Part shown: positions 37,818 to 50,782 of the stretch, piece after piece
How the letters are laid out: each line of letters opens with the position of its first letter
Numbering within the stretch: the stretch's first letter is position 1
From: Adineta vaga
Taxonomy: Eukaryota; Animalia; Rotifera
Direction of reading: 5' to 3'
Assembly (NCBI GenBank): GCA_021613535.1
Contig: CP075492.1
Span: forward strand, 14,012,001 to 14,076,000
Length of the DNA stretch: 64,000 nucleotides
Notes under the pieces: generated by a model
What the model was told of the DNA's origin: nothing
Seen by the model: the letters and a program-made list of their open reading frames with translations, nothing else
Database searches by the model: none
Program-made: the position numbers and the translations under genes

Positions 37818-39146
37818 TTATTTCACATTAACAAAATTCTCTACTATGTCTTTTTGCCATGCTGCGAGAAATTTCTCTTTGATTTCTCCTTTTGGAATTC
37901 GAAAGGCAATTTCAGCACCACCATTATCTTTAATCCAATGTCCGTGATTATCTTTCATAGGATTTAATTGAAAAATTCGAAAATAAAATTGAAATAAACC
38001 CATCGTATGAAATCGACATTGATCTTTCATTCCAAAATTAACTTGATTTGCCCAGTCATATCTATAATTGGAATTAAATATTACTTCATCTTTTTCCCAT
38101 ACGAAATTAATTTCACCATTTTTAATGAATTTTTTCATAAGAATATTAATAGAAGTTACACATTTCTGTAGAAATTCTTCTTGACGTATTGTTTTAAGTA
38201 GTTGACGAACGGTTTGTGCAATACTTGATAAAGAAAATGGATCAGGAAAATCATCGGATAATGGTTGTATAATGGCATTAGCTACATAACCTTTAGACGT
38301 CAATGATTCAGTAACATTTCGATAATTTGCATAGATATAAGTTCGTCGAATGCATTTATCTTCAGTTTGAAAAACATGTTTGTTTAACAGAAGAATAATA
38401 TAAGCACAGAGTGCATCATGAGGTGTTATTGCAGCTTGGAAACCACCTGAAAGTTGATGTAATCGAGCGATTTGTTCAGAAGAAAATGACATATTCAGAG
38501 GATCTGTAGCTGTATGTTCTTTGGTAAGACGAGCAAGAACTGCTGTTCTTGTATCAACATTTTGATAAAGTTTTAAAATCGACGATGAAGTAAATTGTGC
38601 ATCTTCAGAATTCAATGGATGTCGTTCAAAAATTGGACGAGGAAGAATTATTTCTAGTTCTTGATAGATTTGTGAAAGATCATTGAGAAAATGAATATTT
38701 GAATCAGCATCACCAACCATATGACTGAAACTTGTACCAAGAACATATTCATTGCTACGTACTAATCTCGTCACTTTCAATCGAAGAAGCGGTTCGACTT
38801 CAGGTTTGAATTGAATTGAATCTATAAATGGCTGGAGTATGCTTGCATCATCAACAATGACAGGAAGATTTGGCCATTGTTCAAGTTGATCATTCTCGCA
38901 GTATGTAAATGGAATAGATTCATCAGAAAATTGAATGAAATAATCGTCATCATTCTCGATAAAAACACGGCCGGTTAAAATTGGCCAAAATGAAAGAGTT
39001 CGACTGATAGCATCTTGTAATCGATTCACATCAAGTGATGGATAAACGAAAAAATTATCAATACCACCAAAGATCAAATCGGTACTGAGTAATTTAATAC
39101 GACGATTATTTCCAGATGATGATGAAGCATTAATCAATGAAGTCAT
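37818..39146 (-). CDS. BAHD/Transferase-family CoA-dependent acyltransferase, intronless
   Basis: L...L..WPILTGR, PLLRLKVT, HXXXD motif (SHMVGD), GYVANA and a DFGWG-like VNFGM. Confidence 0.85.
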   Translation of the reverse strand: MTSLINASSSSGNNRRIKLLSTDLIFGGIDNFFVYPSLDVNRLQDAISRTLSFWPILTGRVFIENDDDYFIQFSDESIPFTYCENDQLEQWPNLPVIVDDASILQPFIDSIQFKPEVEPLLRLKVTRLVRSNEYVLGTSFSHMVGDADSNIHFLNDLSQIYQELEIILPRPIFERHPLNSEDAQFTSSSILKLYQNVDTRTAVLARLTKEHTATDPLNMSFSSEQIARLHQLSGGFQAAITPHDALCAYIILLLNKHVFQTEDKCIRRTYIYANYRNVTESLTSKGYVANAIIQPLSDDFPDPFSLSSIAQTVRQLLKTIRQEEFLQKCVTSINILMKKFIKNGEINFVWEKDEVIFNSNYRYDWANQVNFGMKDQCRFHTMGLFQFYFRIFQLNPMKDNHGHWIKDNGGAEIAFRIPKGEIKEKFLAAWQKDIVENFVNVK

Positions 39147-39729
39147 TTTTACTTTAGGTCTTTTCCTTCAACTTTTACGACTATTTATTATCCTGTCGAG
39201 GTAAATGTATGTCGAAATTACAATTGTTATTTCGTCAGATCATTTGATCCTTTACTTTTCTTCGTCACTATACAATATGCCAGAAGAACAAAGTATATTC
39301 TCCATTCGTTCTTCAGTTCTAAATGAATATATACATTCAAGATGGCGCTGTAGATTAGAATAATGTTTGACAGTTTCTTTTTCAAAACACGAAGTTATGC
39401 AATGTTAAGAGTATGGGTGAGAGAAGACATAAAGTTCACACCTTCACTATATCTTCTCAAATTTTATGTTAGATATATTTTTGCACAGATCACACTAAAT
39501 ATCGCAAAAGTACAGATGAAGACAAGAAGGATGAGTAAAGAGAGAATTTCCATTGCACTTCACTTTCATATCCACATCCAGAGTTAATTCTTCATTTCTA
39601 ATAGATATAATCTTATTTATATCGCAAGAGACAAACTTTCAATGAGTATTATATAAAATAGAAAAAAAAAGATATATTGAAGCGTTTTATTTTGTTCATT
39701 GATTGTGGAAAGAGATGCGATACAGATTA

Positions 39730-42700
39730 TCACCAAACAATACATTTGTCCTTTCGACTATTGCTTTGACCAGGTGTACATCCAAATGCGCGATCGAATT
39801 GATCAAAATTTGATGGCGGACCAATAGCTCTATAAACAAACAGTAAATCATACTTAAATCATTGAGATATAATTTTAAAAAAACCTTAATTGTCCTAGTG
39901 AATGAACATCGGTTAAAACTCGATTAAGAGCATATGCATCGGTCATTTTCGTACACCAAGTGTGTGCATAATTAATAAAGAACATTTGTTCTGCTGAATA
40001 TTTTTGTAAACCTGGCAGTCGTTTATCACTATTCACGTTCTGCTCTGTCCACTTTTTATAAGCCTATAAGAAAATATGGAAAATCTAGTCATCAAGAAAG
40101 AATATTACATACAAAGTAAGCTTCTCGTAGACCACCATTATCCGCAATATCTTCACCTTGTGTTTGTTCACCATTGGACTAATAGATCAAATAAAGTACA
40201 TCATATCATTCGTCATTATATATACGAACCTTCATATTGATTTGTTCTATTGTATAATTACTATATTGATTAACGATACATGTTTTACGTTCAATAAACT
40301 TTTGAATTGTTTCATCTGTCCACCATGGAATTCGATTTCCATCTTTATCAAATTGTCTTCCACTATCATCGAAACCATGTGTTATTTCATGTCCAATGAC
40401 TACTCCAATTCCTAAAATCACCAAGATCTCATGACCTTCACTTGATTTCTTCCGACATGTCATCGATACTTACCACCATAATTGAGATATCTATAGATTA
40501 GAAAAACAAAGATAATATGTGAAAAATACGAATGAATAATAAATTTACTTCGGTGCATCTTTATCAAAGAATGGTTTTTGTAAAATTCCCGCAGGAAAAG
40601 CTATGAAAGATATATATTGTATTTTGTTTACATGATTTTCAAAGAAAATATGGTATACATACTGATTTGATTTCTTGATGGTTCGTAGAATGCATTGACT
40701 ACACTGGGTGGTTCATCACCCCAGGCTTTTTTATCGACAGGTTCTCGTAGAAGTCGAAAATTTTCTTTTGCTTTTATTTGTAATAATTTCAGAACATTGT
40801 CAATATATGACATGGAGAAAATGTACTAGATATTGTAGAAAAAAGAACAGTCAAAATACATATTAAATTGAAAACGATATAATCAAATGAAGTCTTACTT
40901 CAGCATAATCTTTGTCTAATTTCGTATCGTTATCACTTGCTAAATAATCAGGATAACCAATTTTTTGATCAATTGCTAATGCCTAGAAGAATTTTCTCTC
41001 CATTTAGTTTCTGATCTCGTCTATATTGACGATTATATTACTTTTTCAATTGCTTTATTCTGTGATTCTTTATCCATCCAAGTCGATTGATTAACCATTC
41101 CAATGAATGCAGCTCGAATATTATTTATCATTTCCAAAGACTATATTAAACTTAAACTGAAAATAATTCTCTGTGGAATGATCACCTACTTCCTTTCGTG
41201 CATGTTCATCAAAATATTCTTTGATATAAAGTTTCGAAACAGCAAAGCCCATATTACCATTCACATAACTACCACATGTAATAGTACGTGGTTGTTCAGC
41301 TTTTGTACCTCGAAAGACTCGCTCAAAACGTTCTCTTAAAATTCGTATGTATTGAGGCATATTTGCAGCACGATTCATCATAAAACGCCAAACAATATAA
41401 TTCTGTAATGTACGTGCTGGTGTTTGTTCAAGAATCGAAGAAACATTGAGTAGATAATCTATTTCACTAACAGAGACAATTTCCGTACCATCTAATGTAA
41501 TATCACCAAGTAAATAAGCATGACGAACATAATCATCAAAATTAAACTTTAGATACAGAAATGTGAAATGATAAAACTGATAGAAAATGAACTATTACTT
41601 ACTGTGGTATTCAATATAGATGATAGAGTATTGACTGTCGTTCGAACAGTTTCATTATCACGCGAATGTTGTTCTACTGTTGTCCAATGGTACTAAAATA
41701 AAAAAGAGACATTTCAATTTTAAGTAAGCAATTGTCAAATATAAATACTTGTGCGATCGTCTTTTCAAATTCATATATATCAGTTACGTCTTGTGCAATA
41801 GATGATGTATCGTTTGCTAAAGCTTTCGCTAAATCTGTCATAAATTGTCGATAAGCAATCGTTACAGGTGTTTCAGACATGTAATAATGATTTTGTCCCA
41901 AACCAAGATCGCCTTGACCCATCTAAAAAAGTAGATATAAATGATATTCATTAGTTCATTGAACTTACTTCGATATCGTATGTTGACGAATTTTTTTCAT
42001 CAGTCGATGTACCCACACGATAAATCATGTTATTATTATATTTTCGAAGGGTTACTAATAGTTTTGTTAAATTAAACATGCTACCATCCCATGATGAACC
42101 TAATAGAATTGGCCAACCACCGAATTCAGAATTAACTAATGAAAGAATAACATCAACACCATCAACTTCAATCGCAGTTTCATTGACACATGATTCATAC
42201 AATCGTCGAGCGTTGACAACTGCTTCCGTTTCGGCAGTTTCATTTGAAGATGACACAGATAATAGATCTATTGAAGATTCGCATTCACCAAAATTTTATA
42301 GTTATATAAATAACTCTTACCGACAACATTATAATCCAATTCATGTCGTAACAAATTGAATGTATTTTGTGCACCAGCTAAATTTGAAGAAGAGAAACTT
42401 TTACACGTATAAATGAAATTCAATGCTTACAATCAGCAGGTATTCGTGTGTTTTTAATCCATGTACCACAAACGAAATGAAAAAAATCTTCACATGGATT
42501 GACTGATTCATCAATACTTTCAATTAAATAATCAGCTAAAACACAAAAACATTTCTTTATCAAAAGAATTTTCTGATATTTACCTGCTTTGATACAATAT
42601 GGAGTTAGACATAATTCTTGTTTAGCTATATACAAAAGAAATCAGTAAACTTTGGTTGAAACAAAATAATATACCTTCTGGTGTTGTTGTTGTCGGTATT

Positions 42701-42975
42701 GTAGTAACTGATGATGATGATGGTGGTGGTGTTGGTGGTGGTGGTGTCACTTCGTCGGATCGTTTAGTTTTTTCAATACCATAAAAAGTAGCAAAAACAA
42801 CTGTAGTAATGATAAAGAATCCCACTAGAACACCAAGTATTTTAGGTAATTTCGCCGAATTTGATGTTGATTTTGCTGGTTGCCTAAAACATAATCTCGT
42901 GCAATCTTTTTTAAACATTAGAAATTGTTTATACTCAAGTATTTCTATTGTTCCTTTGCTAAATCGACTTGTCAT
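39730..42975 (-). CDS. Neprilysin/endothelin-converting enzyme (M13) metallopeptidase, type II membrane, many exons
   Basis: TM anchor, [39 protein letters not shown], terminal KCIVW*. Confidence 0.93.
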
Positions 42976-43455
42976 CGTTGTAAATCACACTAATGTGTAT
43001 TTCGTAACTTGTATACAACCAGTCGAAAAGAAAGAATATATACAGGTGAACAAACTGATATAGATAAGATTAGAAAGACAGAATATAATATAACTTACTT
43101 GAATGTGTCGATATCAAATTGAAAAGAAAAGAAACATCTTCATACATTCTAGTATATCGTGATGAGATATACACAATATATATATATATACATTTCAAAG
43201 ATCTTCTAAACATGTGTATGATCATATGAGACCGAAATATTCGATACAAATATCATCTTTAACAGTATTGAAGCAATCGATAGGTAAAAACAAGATTCAA
43301 CCATGATAAAAGATCCTAATTGTGACCTCGCGCCTACGCAGAAAGAGTTCTTGTCTAATTCTATTAGTGATGTATACATCCCTTTAAGATAAGATAGTGA
43401 AACATAATAAAATGAAGAAAAACGAAATGAAAATCATCTTTTATATTTATCTACC

Positions 43456-44293
43456 ATGTTTTACGTCGTTTTCTTCGCTTTATTGTCTTTAACATTGACT
43501 CCAATTGGTAATGCTGTATTATGTGCTAATAACTGTAATTTTGCAAGTAATCTTAACAATCCAACACCACCAACATGTACTTATGTTGACAAACCTGTAA
43601 GTGAACACAGTTGCCAAGTTGTCTTAACAATCGATTATAATTCTGGTGCTGTTAATGGCATTCTCAATTCTAAAATACCACCAACAAGTCCTAACTTCGA
43701 TGGAGTTACTGTATTTTCTCTTGCTAGAGAAGCAGCAAATTTAACTATTGAATTTGATTGTTCGGATACAGATAAATGTGATTTCACATTTGTTGACAAT
43801 CTCTTGAAAAGCGATTGGAGTAAACTATTAAATCAATTAAAACCTTTAAGAAATGTTCTAGTTGATATGCTCATCGACTCAACTACCCTTGATTCGAATG
43901 CTACTTGTCCAGCACGACAACCATGTTCTGGCACAGGTTTCTGCCGAATGGTTTACAAGTTTGGTCTGATACTGTAGGTCCCGTATATACAAGTGAATGT
44001 TCGAATGCAACAGATCAACCACTTCTCGATTGGGTTCAAGCACTTGATCAAACTAAAGTCGGTGAACTTTTAATATATACTTGCAATAAGCCTGGATGTG
44101 CAGATGTTTCCGTTGCCGCAAATATTATCAAAATAATGAATCGTGATTATATTTTACCATTCAATGTTATAATACCACCTACAACTACGCCTAACATGCC
44201 AACAACTATTAGTGCGCTAATTTCATACTTTTTGAAAAAACCTTAATGGGTATTTTAATATTTACTTGCCTACGATTCTTCTATTTATTTTAA
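43456..44293 (+). CDS. Secreted, probably GPI-anchored Cys-rich protein; frameshifts near 43961 and 44232
   Basis: Signal peptide, Cys-rich domains ending C..DKCD and CNKPGC, Thr/Pro linker, and a hydrophobic C-terminal tail in a shifted frame. Confidence 0.6.
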
Positions 44294-44973
44294 AATTTAA
44301 AGACATGATTATATTGTTTCTTTTATGACATTTGGTATCTACAATTATGATCAATGTTTTTGAGTTTTCATGTATTCGTTTCTTTTTTTTCTGACAATCG
44401 TATGAGAAGATTATATATTCACTTCTATTTTTCAAGGTATAATTTTCATCTCAAATTAATTGTTAGTTTATAAAAAAAAAACTTCTATTTTGTCACTTCT
44501 TCATTTACATTAAATAAACAATCGAAACATTATAAGTGTTTATTCTCCAATGTACGAACTTTAATTTGTATGAACCTGTCTGTAGTTGAAGTCTTCATAA
44601 AATTCCAGCACAGATTTATGCATGCTGTTAAAGTACAAATGATCACTTTTATAACTTCAGACGTCTCTTACTTCTACTCTATTCCGTTCTGGCAGTAGTC
44701 ATACTATCTGCTTTCTTACAAGAATATTAGTAAAATAATCGCTCTTGTTGAATAACGTGCATGCTTTTTTTGCTATATTTTTTTATAGAATCAAATGAGT
44801 TTGTATCGAACAGTCATAGATGCAATATGAGAATAGTGACGATCAAATCATATCTAGTCATATCAACCTTACGGCATAACATTCTACACTGAATGATTCA
44901 TCGATCACAAAAATTATTAGAAAAAAATGAAGGTATTTCCTTCATTCAAATTAAAAGATAGTTAGAATCTGTT

Positions 44974-46775
44974 TTACATATAATAATCACTATTGGGAAA
45001 ATAGTCTTGCGGTAATCGATTTTGAGCTGGTCGCCCATCAGGATATAACCAAGAAGTTAAATCAGTTTTGCGTCCTAAGAATTCGAGTAAATAGGCTGCT
45101 GCTTGAACCATTTTCAAGTAGCCGAATTGATCAATATTTTTCACTGTATCACATGCCTTATGATAGCATGGATCGAGTGTGGCACCTGCTAAGCCACCTC
45201 GACCAAGACCTAGTTTGGATTCATAGGCATCGCGTTGTGCCACGCTTTTTGTTTCATCAGCACCGGAGAAAAGACCTCCGGCAACGATACCGGCAGCAAG
45301 AAAAGGTCCATAGTCACTTCGACCACTAAAATCAGTATAATCCCAAGGAAGATTTTGTTGATTGAACCAGTCGCGGAATGCTTCTGAAATTCGAATACTT
45401 CCAGGAAGTGCCTTTGATGGTGTACCTAGTTTAGCTGAGCTGCCATTGTATATGCCGAATATATAGTTTGGAGAACCCAACATATCATAATTGAGATTAA
45501 CCAAATTATTTGTGAGTTTGAAATCAGACGATGCAGAAGAGTTCTCAGCTTGTTGAACATGATGAATTGCTCCAACAAGTCCAATTTCTTCACCACCCCA
45601 CCAACAGAATCGAATACGATATGGATACTTAGGATAATTGGTAGTTCCGTATAATCGAGCTAAATTCATTGCTAGCACAAGATTAGCTGCTGATCCACTG
45701 CCTAAACATAAAATAATTAAAAGGTTTTCCTATCTGCATTACACTTTTCAGGTGAAAATTAACTTATCTAAATAATTTGATTAAAAATATAGCAAAAACG
45801 TATCCTACCATTATCATTAATACCAGGTCCAGCTGGTACACTATCACTATGACTACCCAATACGATTGTTTCATTTACCTTTCCATTCAGTGTATCGGCA
45901 CAAATGTTTTGAACATCAAATCTTCCATAATCTTCACGTTGAATATCGAGTGTTACATTAATTGAGCCACTACTACTAAATGCATTGAGTAATGTTCGCC
46001 CAGCTGCATTGGATAAAGAGAGCGCTGGTAAAAGATTAGCTTGACGAAGCCGAAAATTTGCGGGTGCTAAACTTGAAATAGTCAAGCCATGATTGTAAAA
46101 GAGCAAAGCTGATACATTTTTCTTAGCAGCAAGTTCTCCTTTCTCTGCATACGTGCATATTCCACCAGCTTTGATTAAGACGGCTTGACCTGCGACATTG
46201 TCATAATCACTGTCATCACAACCATTATTTTTAACTTGAACAAGATTGTAAGTAGACAAATTGATAGCAGCTGTATAGTTTACATATGTAAAGGCTGTTT
46301 CAGGTAAACTAGTCGAGTAAACGAAATTCGCAGTGACGCCATTTGAAGACCAACTTAAAATCGGACTTCCTTTGATGGTAAAATTTTGCACTGAAAAGGT
46401 TTCTCGAACGACTTTAAACTGATTGTAGGTTTTATTCTGCATTAATTCATATATGTAATCCAATGTCTGAGCAAATCCAGTCGTTCCTATAGCACGCGTA
46501 TTACCATTTTGACGTGCAAAGTTTTCGAATTGAGTAAGATGAGACATTAAATCTTCAATATGAATAGTATCAGCAAGGGCGCTGTTAAGGAATCCTGGTA
46601 GAGATGAACTTGTCGTTACAATCGGTGATGCAGTTGTAGTGATAAATCTCTTGTCGAGATCATTAAATCGTCTAACCAATGTGCTAAGTGTAGCAGCAGC
46701 TAGGGCAAATGTAATAATACCAAATAGAGTGAGAACACCCAATGCGATCAATAGGCTACAACTCTTGTCTGGCAT
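44974..46775 (-). CDS. M28 family aminopeptidase with PA domain (aminopeptidase Y / Streptomyces-type), N-terminal anchor, 2 exons (intron 45702-45808)
   Basis: GSHSDSVPAGPGINDN|GSGS, WGGEEIGLVG, NYDMLGSPN, GRSDYGPF, DPCYHKACD. Confidence 0.92.
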
Positions 46776-47984
46776 ACTCAATAAATCGAATCAGATCTGG
46801 GAGGAAGAGGTATAGAATAAATTACTGAAAGCAACAAAAACTGAGTAGTTTTTTTTAATAGTGCTCTTTTGCGAACAGATTATTCTTATCTTTCTGAAGA
46901 GCTTTTTTTCGTCAAATAAATAATCGTTTCGTTAATGGCCAAACATAAAACACTTGTAAGAATATTTATCGCTACAATGTTGCTCATTTATGATGACTTC
47001 AGTCGATAAAATCTCTACTTATGGTATAGTTTATAGTTAGCTAGAAAGAGCAACAAACAGCATAATTCAAGGATTTAATTATGTTGCAGTTGCAATCTCA
47101 ATTCTGATATTGATGATTTATGACAGTATCAATAAGATGAAGATATTGTTGTATATTTCATGCGCATTGCACGACGAATAATGACACATGCTCTTGGAGA
47201 TATAGGTAGGAATGAGAATAGAGAAGATGCATGCATACTAATACCCTATCACTATATTTTTCTTTATATAAAACGACAAAAAAAGATTACTATAACTTCA
47301 TCGATGATATTTTCTATGTATTGTTTTTCATTTTTCTTAACTGTTATACTTCACTATAATTGTTATAATTCAATTTGCTTTCTACGTAAAATATGTCGCA
47401 AAGAATACTATAAATTCGAAAAAAATAATAGAAGTGATAGTTTCCTATGTTGATTTTGATGAACGACTGTTACCATATTATGCTACAGAAGTATCATATC
47501 AGACGGTCCAATACGAATATTTCTATATGTAACAACTCATTTTTCACATTTTTATGGAACTCAAAAATATTTTTCTTATTAATTTCGTCTGAAAAAATCT
47601 TCTATTTCTGTTTTAACATTTACAAAAATCAAGAAGTTTACATAAAAATAAATATGCACTCTCATTGTGTCATTTACAAACGTTTCAAATTCGATTTTTA
47701 CCAGACAACTGACGGTAACCCGTTGAGAAAAAGAATTTCATCGTTGAATTTACTACGAAAACAAAACAGCTGATTCTAGACAACAAAATCATAAAATTAG
47801 CAAGAACAGAAAAAGAGGGCAAAAATAAATAGCCGACGAGCGACCGTAGCATTCATGCAAGAATAGAAGGATCAGAAAATAGAAAAATATAGATGACAGT
47901 GATACATTTCATCTAATCACCAAATATGCTGCACTTCTTGCATGAACTCTTCTGTCTATATTTCTCGTCATTATCAATATTACC

Positions 47985-48141
47985 CGGTCTAGAACGATTG
48001 CCGAACGAATTGCTATTGGAAATTCTTTCCTATCTATCGATCTCAGACTTGTTTTATGGTTGGTCGAATCTCAATTGGCGTTTCAATCCTATCGTCTACA
48101 GTTTACCCATTAAAGGTTTTTATACCATACGAAAAAGTTAA
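47985..48141 (+). pseudogene. F-box gene fragment
   Basis: LERLPNELLLEILSYLSISDLFYGWSNLNWRFN is an F-box motif; the ORF stops shortly after it. Confidence 0.6.
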
Positions 48142-48625
48142 TTAAAAAGTCATAAGATTTTCTTTAGAAATTAACTCGAATTCTTTATTTTCTTTAAGTT
48201 CTCAGCGAAATTAGTGATGGTATTCATGGAAAACTTCTAATGGTGTCATTGCACATCTTCGCTATTTCGTTTCACAAGTTGTTTCACTTCAAATTGACCG
48301 ATGTTATCCATGCGACGTAGCTACTGTTCTTTTTAATGAATAGCGAGTACTTATTATTTTGTTGAAGACTTGTTTTTTGTTCTTTAATGAAAATAAATCG
48401 TTTTCACTATAAAATTTCATGACATAGAAAGATATATTTTTGAAGAGTTCTTTTCTCGATAGATGCGATTCAATTTGTTAGCAGATGATTTAAGATAATC
48501 AATGAAAAGAGTAATATTTTATTCATATTATCGAATTGATAATCGATAAACTATACCCACACCCTCAAATATTCGTTCACAAAAATATTAATCTAATAAA
48601 ACTGATCAAGCTATACACTTATGAA

Positions 48626-49486
48626 TCATAGCGTATCAAAATCAATGTCTAGATACTCTGCTACTGGTTCATACCCAATATTTTGATAAATCTTGTTCGA
48701 AGTAGGATTTAATTTATCAGTAAATAGAGCGCAATGTTTTTGCTGCGTATTGATCACTAATTCTGTCAGTTTGTAAACGGCAGTACTTGCAAATCCTTTG
48801 TTTCGTAAATTTGATGGTGTATACACCCAACTAAGAATAGCAAAATTATCTGTTTCTCGTGCTATAGCAACCATACTAACAATTTGTTGATCTTCATTCA
48901 CAACTAATTTATAAAGAAGTTTCTTTTGAATCTTGTTTTCTGTAGTCGCTCGTATTTCTTCGTCCGGTTTTAATGGAAGTAATCCAGCAGCTATCTGAAA
49001 ATTTTTAAGCCATACTGTAAGAATCGGTAAATCTTGGATAGTCGCCAATTTAAGTTCACTGTTTTGAACTAATTCGATATTCTTCAGATCTTTTATGATA
49101 TTCAAAAGAAGAACTGTTGATTGAACTATCGGTTTTGAATACATTTTCAGAAAACCATTCACTATGGCGGTTTTACCAGTTACACCTTTTAAATTTATTT
49201 GATGACAATGAAAATAATCTACCATTGGTTTAATAGCAGCATCCGATTCTGTAATAAATGTTGCTAAGGCAGGCTTATTATCTGTTGTGACTGCACATGA
49301 AATAATAGTACCGTTCTTGTCAATAGTTGCAATCAAAATAGATTTTTCTAGATCAATGGATTTGTTAAGAAATCGATTGCATATACCAAGAATGACATTG
49401 TTTTCACATTCGTTTTGCATAAGATAAATTTTGCAATCATTCAAAAATGTGCTTGTCCTATCATACTTTCTAATTTCGTCATCCAT
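48626..49486 (-). CDS. Bacterial-type GNAT acetyltransferase, intronless
   Basis: ENNVILG, VYTPSNLRNKGFAS, LFTDKLNPTSNKIYQNIGY; ~280 aa two-domain bacterial GNAT layout. Confidence 0.9.
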   Translation of the reverse strand: MDDEIRKYDRTSTFLNDCKIYLMQNECENNVILGICNRFLNKSIDLEKSILIATIDKNGTIISCAVTTDNKPALATFITESDAAIKPMVDYFHCHQINLKGVTGKTAIVNGFLKMYSKPIVQSTVLLLNIIKDLKNIELVQNSELKLATIQDLPILTVWLKNFQIAAGLLPLKPDEEIRATTENKIQKKLLYKLVVNEDQQIVSMVAIARETDNFAILSWVYTPSNLRNKGFASTAVYKLTELVINTQQKHCALFTDKLNPTSNKIYQNIGYEPVAEYLDIDFDTL

Positions 49487-49822
49487 TTTATTGTAACTAT
49501 TTTTCGATAATCTAAAAACAAAACATGTGTAGAAGTTAGTTGCGTCTGTTTTATTTCTCCTTTATAATCAAATCAAATTCATTGGATATTATTAAAACAC
49601 GGTTAAATGCTTCTGTTTCTAGATGAAATGAAAAACCTGTTTATTTATACTTTGAAAAGGTATATCTTTTATCTCTTTTATATTTCATTTGTTGATTGGT
49701 TAAAATGTCATTTCATCAGCGTTGCACAATGCTTTTACTATGCGAATAATGATAACAGCAAATTTTACAGCACAATAATCTACATGAAAATATTTATGAC
49801 AAGTGGTGGTCATAGAGTTTTC

Positions 49823-50782
49823 TTATGTAATACTTGTATTGATTTGTATTGATTTTTTTGAAATCAATTTGCTATATTGAAGACAAAATCTTCTCACTTC
49901 TAATCGAAATGATTTTGATACACATATATAAATGTAAAATGACAAACTATTATTCATATAAATCAAGAACGTTCCATTAAAATAATTACTAAACGATTCA
50001 ATTAGTTGTCGATCTGTACTTTTAATCACTGTTTGAGTCGCTGATTGATATAAAAGATTAATTGCAAATGGTGCTATAGTAATAACATACCATACGGTTT
50101 CAATTAATAACATTTTAATCATATCTCGATCACGTTTACGAGCACGTGTTATATTCAAAATTATAGTTGTGTTTGGACAAACACGAGCTCGAATATTTCT
50201 TAAATTTCTAAACATTAATGCACCAAAGAGAACCATACATAGTAATGGAATAATACCAACAGCAACTGCCATATATGCAGATAAGATAATAGCCGATAAG
50301 CCTCGTTTTCCACCACATCGACCATTTTCAAGTGAATTTAATGTGTATGGCCATATGGCTAATATGAACCAGAAGATTGGAACACAAATAACAATATAAA
50401 TGGCTATTCGAAATCGACTAAATGATCGAATACGAACATGATTACTTGATATAGCATATCGATCAATACATGTACAGATAAAGAATGTCCGCATTATTTG
50501 ATTGAATGAATGACGAAAATAGAATTGTAATTCACAAAATTGAACAGATGCAGTTGATGGATTAGGATGATCTAATGCATATATAACTGGTAGGGTAGAA
50601 ACATTCAAACCAAATAAAGATGCTGCAAATATATAGGTTGAACAAGGATTTCGACGATATACTGGCCAAACGAAAACCATCATATTGAATAGTAAACCTA
50701 TATTGCCAAGTGCGTTATAAGTTGTCATTCCATAACGTGTCAAATGTCGTTGTAGTAAAGGTAAGTATGTAGCTGATGACAT
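49823..50782 (-). CDS. Rhodopsin-like 7TM GPCR, intronless
   Basis: RRNPCSTYIFA, DRY, NNSLSFYIYI..SKSFRLE. Confidence 0.88.
   Translation of the reverse strand: MSSATYLPLLQRHLTRYGMTTYNALGNIGLLFNMMVFVWPVYRRNPCSTYIFAASLFGLNVSTLPVIYALDHPNPSTASVQFCELQFYFRHSFNQIMRTFFICTCIDRYAISSNHVRIRSFSRFRIAIYIVICVPIFWFILAIWPYTLNSLENGRCGGKRGLSAIILSAYMAVAVGIIPLLCMVLFGALMFRNLRNIRARVCPNTTIILNITRARKRDRDMIKMLLIETVWYVITIAPFAINLLYQSATQTVIKSTDRQLIESFSNYFNGTFLIYMNNSLSFYIYICVSKSFRLEVRRFCLQYSKLISKKSIQINTSIT

Noticed and set aside
47160-47773. ORFs 47160-47453 and 47447-47773, and the many 60-110 aa ORFs antisense to or overlapping real genes
   Set aside because: Low-complexity F/I/Y/K-rich translations typical of AT-rich non-coding DNA or shadow frames.
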